Below, piece after piece: positions 25,848 through 32,000 of a stretch of 32,000 nucleotides of DNA. The notes beneath the pieces are model-generated. The model saw only the letters and a program-made list of their open reading frames with translations, searched no databases and was not told the DNA's origin. This DNA comes from Paenibacillus solanacearum (GTDB taxonomy: Bacteria; Bacillota; Bacilli; Paenibacillales; NBRC-103111), in assembly GCF_910593845.1 (NCBI RefSeq), contig NZ_CAJVAS010000011.1, positions 43,247-75,246 on the forward strand, read 5' to 3'. Both the position numbers and the translations under genes were made by a program. Each line of letters opens with the position of its first letter. Position 1 is the stretch's first letter.

Positions 25848-26006
25848 GGAATATTTAAAAAAAGGAATTTCGCACATTTGGTTCCATTCGGGCAAGCGGA
25901 TTGTCGCGGATCCTATGGCGCCGTCTTAGAAGACGCGCTCTCAGGGAAGTATCGCGGAACGGACTGAAATGCGCCGCAAAATGGAATCATAATGCAGGAG
26001 GGAGGG

Positions 26007-26870
26007 ATGGCCATGTATGAATCGTTGCGTTTGGAGCTCGAACAGCTGATTGCGGAGTTAAAGCAAAAAGAAACAGCGGCGGTCTATACGGTCCCGCAAG
26101 AAGCGATCCATGCGGTCAAAAAGGCGAAGCATCTGGAGAAGCTATTGCTGGATCTGCTCGACGTCGTCGCCGGAGGCGGCGGGATCGACATCCGCGGTGT
26201 GATCCGCCGGGAGTTCGGATTGAGCAAGGAGCTGATCGACCGCATGGACCGCTGGACGGCCTACGGCAAGGAGCTGTTCGAGGACGAGCTGCATGAAGCG
26301 ATCGATCGCGCGGATATTCGCGCGGGCAAGCAGCATTTGTTCTTCGCCGGTCCGGTGAGCAAGCAAGTGCTGGCTGAAGCGCTCGAACGGCTCAAGCAGC
26401 TCGCGCATGCGGCGATACGTCGCCAGTTTCGCCCCGATTCGGCCGGTTCCGACGTCTACGTGACGATGCTGGAGCAAGCGCTGCGCTTTTATAAGCTTCC
26501 GGCAACGCAGCCGGATAGCGGAATGTCGAGGTACCGGCTGCTGATCGCTTCCGGCCGGCTGTACGCGATGGCGGGCGGCGACATCGCGATTGCGGCCGAC
26601 TTGAAGGCTTGTGTCAAGGCGTGGTATCAAAGCGGCCCGCACACGTTCCTTGAACAACGGGAATGGTATTTGTCTTACGAGCATGTGCCGGAATATTTGT
26701 ACGCGCTGACCACGGATCAAATACGGCGGCTGCAGGAGGAATTTATCGCGCAGATCAGCGAGGCGTTCGCAGCGGTGAAGGCAGTGCCGACCCTGGATCG
26801 GGCGGAGCTGCTCAAGAAGACGCTGGAGGCGGTCATCAGCTGGGCGGATGCCGCCGGACCCGAAGGTTGA
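26007..26870 (+). CDS. Hypothetical protein, helical, with no domain recognised
   Basis: The ORF is long, with protein-like composition and GC3 similar to its neighbours. The SD AGGAGGGAGGG lies directly upstream of ATG 26007, and ATG 26013 is also possible. The track start is 25992. Confidence 0.7.
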   Translation: MAMYESLRLELEQLIAELKQKETAAVYTVPQEAIHAVKKAKHLEKLLLDLLDVVAGGGGIDIRGVIRREFGLSKELIDRMDRWTAYGKELFEDELHEAIDRADIRAGKQHLFFAGPVSKQVLAEALERLKQLAHAAIRRQFRPDSAGSDVYVTMLEQALRFYKLPATQPDSGMSRYRLLIASGRLYAMAGGDIAIAADLKACVKAWYQSGPHTFLEQREWYLSYEHVPEYLYALTTDQIRRLQEEFIAQISEAFAAVKAVPTLDRAELLKKTLEAVISWADAAGPEG

Positions 26871-26878
26871 AGCGTCCG

Positions 26879-26914
26879 CCCGGCTTGGGGCAAGTGCCGT
26901 GCCCCCAAGCCGGG
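26879..26914. terminator. Perfect 12-bp hairpin between convergent genes, with no clear U-tract
   Basis: CCCGGCTTGGGG (26879-26890) pairs with CCCCAAGCCGGG (26903-26914). Neither strand has a T-run after the stem, so terminator function is uncertain. Confidence 0.45.
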
Positions 26915-27071
26915 ACTCGCGCGCGTTGGAAATTGGAAATTCGGCGGTACGGCTGCGTCACTAGCGGTTCTACAGCAGCGTGCAGGGCGATGGACTTTCC
27001 GCAGTGCGAGCGTCCACCCGCCGTGCAGCGTTTCACATGACCGGTTACTCTGTTTCATTTTGTTAGCAGGA

Positions 27072-29279
27072 TCAATGACTGACGATGGAAACGCCGGATA
27101 GCTTCGCAGTCGTATAGTTGTCGATTCGATTGGCTGTCTTCACGGCATCCGCCGCCAAACCGGCGTACACGGTAGCGCCAAGCTCTAAGTCGGCCGTGCC
27201 GTATGGCTTCCATTCCAGCCCGTCAGGCGACATGTAGCCTGTCACTGTGCTTCCCCGCCGGCTTAGCTTCACCCAGTAAGGGAACGTGCCGTCCTTGTCG
27301 GCCGTCGATTTCAAGTCGGCTCCTGTGGCGGTGCGCGCTTCGAACGCGCCGCCCGTCCCCAATTTGACGTAAGAGACGCGCATTATCGCCGCGGCCGCCT
27401 CAGGTTCCAGACCGGCGCGTATCATGACGCCGGCCCCCGTTCCTTCGGCTACGGCGGTGATGCCCTCCACCTTGGCGATGATGTCGCCGTCCCCGTCGAG
27501 GGAGCGGTACACGAACCGGAACGCATCGGATTTGCCTCCGATCGTACCGGCCGACTTCAGCGTGAACTGTCCATCCTGCAGCGCCGCGAATCCGCGGATG
27601 CCGGGCTGTCCGATATCCGCGGTCAGCCATCCTTCAAGCGCCGTCGCTGCATTCACATGAACGGGCACTGCATCCGATTGCGCTGCCATGCCTTTGTCAT
27701 CGACGGCATAAGCGGAGAGGAAGTACGTGCCGTCCGGTACCGCTCTCCAGGTAAAGCGATACGGCGCTGCGGCGGATTCGCCGAGCAGCACGTCATTGCC
27801 GTAAAATTCCACTTTGCGAATGTTCGCGCCGGATACCGGCTTTACGTCGGCTTCGATGGCAATGTCTGCATTCCCTTCGTAGATTGCGTTCGCCTTCGGC
27901 GAAGTAAGTGCGACGGACGGGTTCGCCACATGACCGGCAATCGAATTCAAGTAATGCTCCAGCATCGTATAGCCGCCTTGGCCGATCCGGTTCCGGTCAT
28001 CCGGGTTGCCCGGATCGAGCCGTTGCGTCTTCTCCCAGCTGTCCGGCATGCCGTCATGATCGGCATCGGTCGGCGCTTCCGCCGGCCCGTTGATCCGAAA
28101 GCCGCCGACTTCGGCCGGCGTGTTGATCTGCCGTCCGGTTCTGTTCCGTACATCGGCGACGAGTCTGGCATCCACCGCGTCGCGCCTCGGCGTAATCGCG
28201 CCCGCCTGCTGCAGTACGGCCTCATAGGCTTGCTGGGCTGTCTCCGCCTTCACTTCCTGCTCGAACGGGATCGGCTGTGTCCGCTTGATCATGGAATCGT
28301 CCGCGCCGGATACCGCTTTCCAATTGTCCTTGGTTACCTCGGGGAAGCCGTCGATGTCATTGCCGGCCACGTACCACTCCCCGCCCGGACCCGCCGGGTC
28401 GAGTATGAACGATTTGGCCCGCTCCCGCGTATTCGGTCCCCATTTGTAATAGTTCCCCACCACATTGACGCGCGCATTTTCCCCGCCGTACGATGCTTTG
28501 AAGCCCCAGTTGTAAATGACGTTGTTGCGGAAGTCGATGACATTGTCTTTGACCGGAAGCTCCCCGGGAAACCGCGGGTTGCGGCTGGAATTATGCACGA
28601 TCAGGTTATGGTGGAACGTGGCGTTTTGTCCGCCCCAGATGCCGCCGTATCCGTGCGCGCCTTTCTGGTGTACCGACATCGTCAGGCTCTCACCGAGCAG
28701 CGACCACTGCACCGTCATATTGCGGATGGCATATGCGGACAGCACCTCATCGACCGCCCAGCTCGTCGAGCAATGATCGATGACGATGTCGCGCCGGCTT
28801 CGTCCGCCGAAGGCATCGGCCTCCCGTTTGGCGGCTTCGCCCAAGCGGAAACGCATATACCGGATGATGACATTGTCCGCGTCAATGTTCGTTTCGTACT
28901 TGGCCACTGTGATGCCGTCGCCGGGGGCGGTTTGGCCGGCAATCGTCAAGTTGGACCCTTTGATACTGAGCGGCGCCACCAGCTCGATCGTCCCGGATAC
29001 GCGGAAGACGACCGTCCGGTTGCCTTTGCTGACCCCGTCGCGAAGCGATCCGGGGCCGCCGTCGCGCAGCGTGGTTACCTCGTACACCGCGCCGCCCCGG
29101 CCGCCTGTCGTATACATGCCCGCGCCCTCGGCTCCAGGGAACGCGGGCAGCCGTTCCGGCACCGCTTCGGGTGCGCCGACGGACGTCGACCTGCGGTCAT
29201 GGATCAAGGCTGCCGCCGTAACTGCGGCAACGGCCGCCACTATGCAGCAGGCGAGAAGCCGCCGTTGGATCGGTTTCAT
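27072..29279 (-). CDS. Secreted pectate lyase (PL1-like right-handed beta-helix) with an Ig-like module and a C-terminal concanavalin/LamG-like beta-sandwich
   Basis: It has an N-terminal signal or anchor. FPGAEGAGMYTTGGRGGAVYEVTTLRDGGPGSLR, IDHCSTSW and HHNLIVHNSSRNPR are pectate-lyase signatures. A Ca-binding-like stretch DADHDGMPDSWE is present. The SD is GAGGTGG. Confidence 0.85.
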   Translation of the reverse strand: MKPIQRRLLACCIVAAVAAVTAAALIHDRRSTSVGAPEAVPERLPAFPGAEGAGMYTTGGRGGAVYEVTTLRDGGPGSLRDGVSKGNRTVVFRVSGTIELVAPLSIKGSNLTIAGQTAPGDGITVAKYETNIDADNVIIRYMRFRLGEAAKREADAFGGRSRRDIVIDHCSTSWAVDEVLSAYAIRNMTVQWSLLGESLTMSVHQKGAHGYGGIWGGQNATFHHNLIVHNSSRNPRFPGELPVKDNVIDFRNNVIYNWGFKASYGGENARVNVVGNYYKWGPNTRERAKSFILDPAGPGGEWYVAGNDIDGFPEVTKDNWKAVSGADDSMIKRTQPIPFEQEVKAETAQQAYEAVLQQAGAITPRRDAVDARLVADVRNRTGRQINTPAEVGGFRINGPAEAPTDADHDGMPDSWEKTQRLDPGNPDDRNRIGQGGYTMLEHYLNSIAGHVANPSVALTSPKANAIYEGNADIAIEADVKPVSGANIRKVEFYGNDVLLGESAAAPYRFTWRAVPDGTYFLSAYAVDDKGMAAQSDAVPVHVNAATALEGWLTADIGQPGIRGFAALQDGQFTLKSAGTIGGKSDAFRFVYRSLDGDGDIIAKVEGITAVAEGTGAGVMIRAGLEPEAAAAIMRVSYVKLGTGGAFEARTATGADLKSTADKDGTFPYWVKLSRRGSTVTGYMSPDGLEWKPYGTADLELGATVYAGLAADAVKTANRIDNYTTAKLSGVSIVSH

Positions 29280-29550
29280 GCTTTGAACACCACCTCACCT
29301 AGAAAGTACGGTTACAGATTATCACAAGGGACGCAAGGCAATCTTTATACGGCAATGCTATTTTTGACCCAAAATAAAAGTTATTTGTCCAACTTCGTGA
29401 AGAAACGTCCGCCAAGCTGCCAAGCGGGCGGGTACAACGCATGCTTCGCGCGGAACCGGAGCTGCCGGCGGCGCGTCTGCCTGGAGGAGCGTAATGATGT
29501 ATAATAAGCGGGAAGCCAACAAGCCTAGCACAGCGCATGGAGGAATGATG

Positions 29551-29979
29551 ATGATTAGAGAAGCGGAAGCGAAAGACGCAGCGGCCATCGAACGGTTATA
29601 CCGGCTGCTGCTGCCGGACGATAAGCGTATCCATGTGCTCGGGCAGCGGCTGGAGGAGATCCGCCGCGAGCCGTACCACTATTGTTTTGTATACGAGGAC
29701 GAGGGGCGTGTGGCCGGAACGGTCCTGCTGCATCTATGTCTCGATCCGATGTACGGAAAGAGACCGTTTGCGCTGATCGAAAATGTCGTGGTCGACCCGG
29801 ACATCCGGGGGAAAGGCGTCGGGAACCGGCTGTTCGCGCACGTGGAGCAATGCTGCCGGGAGCGGGACTGTACGGAGATACTGCTGCTCAGCAGCGCGTA
29901 CCGGACGGAAGCGCACCGGTTTTTCGAGCGGCAAGGGTTTCGCGGCACGGAACGCAAAGGGTTCGTGAAGCGTCTGTAA
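29551..29979 (+). CDS. GNAT family N-acetyltransferase
   Basis: The acetyl-CoA binding motif is VVVDPDIRGKGVGNRLF. MIREAEAKDAAAIERLY is a typical GNAT N-terminus. GGAGG lies 7 nt upstream of ATG 29551. In-frame ATGs at 29494, 29497, 29545 and 29548 are alternative starts. Confidence 0.85.
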   Translation: MIREAEAKDAAAIERLYRLLLPDDKRIHVLGQRLEEIRREPYHYCFVYEDEGRVAGTVLLHLCLDPMYGKRPFALIENVVVDPDIRGKGVGNRLFAHVEQCCRERDCTEILLLSSAYRTEAHRFFERQGFRGTERKGFVKRL

Positions 29980-30145
29980 GTGAGCCGGAGGCGATGCGGT
30001 GTCGTGGGATTCGGCTGATCGCCGCGCCGTGCCGAGACGCGCGCCAGAGGTTCGCGCACGTTGGAAATATCGTCCGGCGCCTTTGCCGCGTTAACGAATG
30101 TAACGCGAAGCCTACACAAGTCAATCGGAGAGGAGAGGCTCTATT

Positions 30146-30661
30146 ATGATGCATGTACTGAGCGTTGCGGCCAATGTCCCAGGCATCCCGCTGCCGAATG
30201 AAACGCGCCTCGTGCTGTCGGACACGCTTCCCGAACGCGAGCGAATCACCAGCGCATTTGTGCTCGCATTTCGGCAGGGCCGGTTGCTGCTCACGCAGCT
30301 GCACAAGAGAGGCTGGGATATTCCCGGAGGGCATATCGAACCGGGAGAATCGCCGGAAGAAGCGGTCATCAGGGAATTGTACGAAGAAACTGGCGCGGTC
30401 ATCGGAGCGCCGGAGCTGCTCGGCTATAAGCAAATCCGGCTGCTTGGCGAGAAGCCGGAACGGTACCCGTATCCGTATCCCGACAGCTATATGGTGTTCT
30501 ACGCTGCGGCGGTCGCCAGACTGGACGCGTTCGCTGGCACCGACGAAGCGGCGGGGCGAAACCTGTTCGAGCCGGAGCAGGCTTACCAGGTGCCATGGGT
30601 GAAGGAGCACGGCGCATTATACGAAGAAGCGCGGAGACGAACGGCGGCTCAACCGGAGTAG
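30146..30661 (+). CDS. NUDIX hydrolase
   Basis: The Nudix box is GGHIEPGESPEEAVIRELYEETGA. The SD GGAGAGGAGAGG lies 7 nt upstream of the ATG. Confidence 0.85.
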   Translation: MMHVLSVAANVPGIPLPNETRLVLSDTLPERERITSAFVLAFRQGRLLLTQLHKRGWDIPGGHIEPGESPEEAVIRELYEETGAVIGAPELLGYKQIRLLGEKPERYPYPYPDSYMVFYAAAVARLDAFAGTDEAAGRNLFEPEQAYQVPWVKEHGALYEEARRRTAAQPE

Positions 30662-30682
30662 CGATAACGCAAGTGGGAACCC

Positions 30683-30711
30683 TTGTTCCTATGATGGGTA
30701 TTCGCTATAAT
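30683..30711 (+). promoter_or_regulatory. Sigma-A-like promoter of the metallophosphoesterase gene
   Basis: TTGTTC (30683-30688), a 17-nt spacer, then TATAAT (30706-30711). Confidence 0.55.
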
Positions 30712-30761
30712 GGAGGAATAATGATCGATATCGATCAACCTAACGTAAAGGATGTTTCGAC

Positions 30762-31517
30762 ATGCGTCTAGCCATACTCTCGGATACGCACGGGAATGCC
30801 GTAGCGTTCGAAGCGGTTGTTCAAGACTTGCGCCGGCAAAGCCCGGATGCGGTTGTTTTTTTGGGGGATTTGGCAATGCGCGGTCCGCAGCCCGCGGAGT
30901 GCGCCGACTTGCTCCGGTCGCTCAATCCGCTTGTTGCGGTCAAGGGCAATCACGACCATTATTTTGCCCTTTATCCGGATGCGTCGGCATGGGTGCCAAG
31001 GAACGCCAAGGAGGAAATGAACCGGCGGCAGCTGCAGTATAACCAGCAGCTGCTGTCCGGCGGAGAGCAGCGCTGGATCGGTCATTGGCCGTCGGAACAT
31101 ATGCTGCGCGCCGAAGGCATCCAGGCCGAGCTGTACCATGCTTCGCCGGCATCGCTTGCAACAATCATATGGCCGTGGGCGGCGAACGACGAACTCGATG
31201 CGCTTGGCAAGGATGCGTCGACGCAGCTTGTGCTGTACGGGCATATTCACCACGCCTTCATGCGGAACGCGGGCGGCCGCCTGATCGTCAACAGCGGCAG
31301 CGTCGGTTTGCCATTTGATGGCGACAACCGCGCCAGCTACGCGATCATCGACGTAGAGGGGCGGGATATCGCCGTGCAAATTCGCCGCATCGCCTACGAC
31401 ATCGAGCGGGTGATCCGTATCGCCAAGGACCGGCGCATGCCGGATACTGAACGGTTTGAAGAGGCGGTACGCAGGGCGGTGTTCACTTATAATGTCGCAG
31501 CGACGAAGGCCGTGTAG
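30762..31517 (+). CDS. Metallophosphoesterase family protein (YfcE/MJ0936-like phosphodiesterase)
   Basis: Calcineurin-like motifs are in the canonical order: ILSDTHGN, FLGDLAMRG, VKGNHD, LYGHIHH. Confidence 0.9.
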   Translation: MRLAILSDTHGNAVAFEAVVQDLRRQSPDAVVFLGDLAMRGPQPAECADLLRSLNPLVAVKGNHDHYFALYPDASAWVPRNAKEEMNRRQLQYNQQLLSGGEQRWIGHWPSEHMLRAEGIQAELYHASPASLATIIWPWAANDELDALGKDASTQLVLYGHIHHAFMRNAGGRLIVNSGSVGLPFDGDNRASYAIIDVEGRDIAVQIRRIAYDIERVIRIAKDRRMPDTERFEEAVRRAVFTYNVAATKAV

Positions 31518-31543
31518 AACGACAGAGGATATCAGACCAATAG

Positions 31544-31590
31544 AAAGCAAGGCTTCTCTCCCGCTCGGGAAAGAAGCCTTGCTTTTATTG
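31544..31590. terminator. Bidirectional Rho-independent terminator between convergent genes
   Basis: AAAGCAAGGCTTCT (31544-31557) pairs with AGAAGCCTTGCTTT (31572-31585). A-rich sequence lies upstream and TTTTATTGTTG downstream. Confidence 0.85.
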
Positions 31591-31593
31591 TTG

Positions 31594-32000
31594 TCATTTT
31601 CCCCGGTATCCCATCTGATGCGAGATGTCCAGTGTCGTCGAGACGACATGTTGGATGAACGTATCAAGCAAGGGCTGCACCCGGTCGGTCGGGCCGATCA
31701 TGCTGATCGCGGCGTTGACCGAGCCGTCCGCATCGTAGATCGGCGCCGCAATGCCCGTGACGCCGACGTTTCGCATGTTGGAGCTGACCTCGTAGCCATT
31801 CTCGCGGATGCGGGCCAGCCGCTCCTTGATTTCCTCCGGCTTCTTCATGGAATACGGCGTGAATGTGCGGATGTCCTCGGATAGCACATGATCGATAAAA
31901 CGCTCGTCCCGAAACGCCAGAATCGACCTTGCGGCCGAAGTCGCGTAGAGCGGAAAGCGGCGGTAAGCGTCGACGTTGAACCGGATCGGATATTTGGATT
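31594..32000 (-). CDS. IclR family transcriptional regulator, C-terminal effector-domain portion; the 5' end lies outside the window
   Basis: The frame stays open upstream of the track start to the window edge (...RFPLYATSAARSILAFRDERFIDHVLSEDIRTFTPYS...GVTGIAAPIYDADGSVNAAISMIGP...). These are typical IclR C-terminal motifs. Confidence 0.85.
   Translation of the reverse strand, partial: SKYPIRFNVDAYRRFPLYATSAARSILAFRDERFIDHVLSEDIRTFTPYSMKKPEEIKERLARIRENGYEVSSNMRNVGVTGIAAPIYDADGSVNAAISMIGPTDRVQPLLDTFIQHVVSTTLDISHQMGYRGK

Noticed and set aside
29310-29330. cre-like (CcpA) site TGTAACCGTACTTT upstream of the pectate lyase gene
   Set aside because: It has too many mismatches to the TGWNANCGNTNWCA consensus at the conserved 3' half.
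27657-29504. 615-aa plus-strand ORF, the third longest in the track
   Set aside because: It lies entirely antisense to the well-supported pectate lyase gene. Its product is Arg/Pro/Ala/Gly-rich with no motifs and no SD. It is a classic mirror ORF of GC-rich coding DNA.
1-32000. Search by eye for CRISPR arrays, tRNA/rRNA genes, IS or transposase, integrase, phage or toxin-antitoxin modules, and known defence-gene motifs
   Set aside because: None was found. The only repeats are the short tandem and direct repeats listed above. No gene product shows nuclease, helicase, ATPase or other defence-type motifs. I do not claim a novel defence or mobile system here.

Overview
About 32 kb of GC-rich Bacillota chromosome, most consistent with a Paenibacillus-type genome. 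The basis is an SLH-anchored giant surface protein, GGAGG-type RBSs, sigma-A-like promoters, hairpin plus T-tract terminators and a REC-wHTH-BTAD response regulator. I support 26 protein-coding genes, two of them cut by the window edges. They are: a K/E-rich protein tail; an aldo/keto reductase with an Fe-S tail; a YuiH-like sulfite-oxidase-family Mo enzyme; a 1271-aa GLUG/Ig-like/cadherin-like/SLH surface protein; a 7TM histidine kinase with a REC-wHTH-BTAD regulator; a 10-TM HisKA_3 kinase with a LuxR-type regulator; a MarR-MFS operon; an MdtG-like MFS pump; a YoaE-like molybdopterin oxidoreductase; a YhgE/Pip membrane protein; two NUDIX hydrolases; an SRPBCC-DoxX-SRPBCC operon; a domain-less 288-aa protein; a pectate lyase; a GNAT; a metallophosphoesterase; and an IclR fragment. 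I found no rRNA, tRNA, CRISPR array, transposase, integrase or recognisable defence island. Most long antisense ORFs in the track are mirror ORFs typical of GC-rich DNA. Overall this looks like ordinary accessory or housekeeping chromosome rather than a clear novel system. The observations most worth follow-up are these. (1) An unlisted 56-aa secreted aromatic peptide gene, insulated by terminators, lies next to the ComP/ComA-like two-component system. (2) Four same-orientation DnaA boxes (two perfect TTATCCACA) sit next to AT-rich tandem iterons, just upstream of a consensus promoter and with no dnaA locus in the window. (3) A terminator-like hairpin lies inside the long 5' leader of the MdtG-like efflux gene. 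(4) A 456-bp GC-rich gap downstream of the molybdopterin oxidoreductase ends in its own terminator. All functional calls rest on motifs I recognised by eye. No database search was run.
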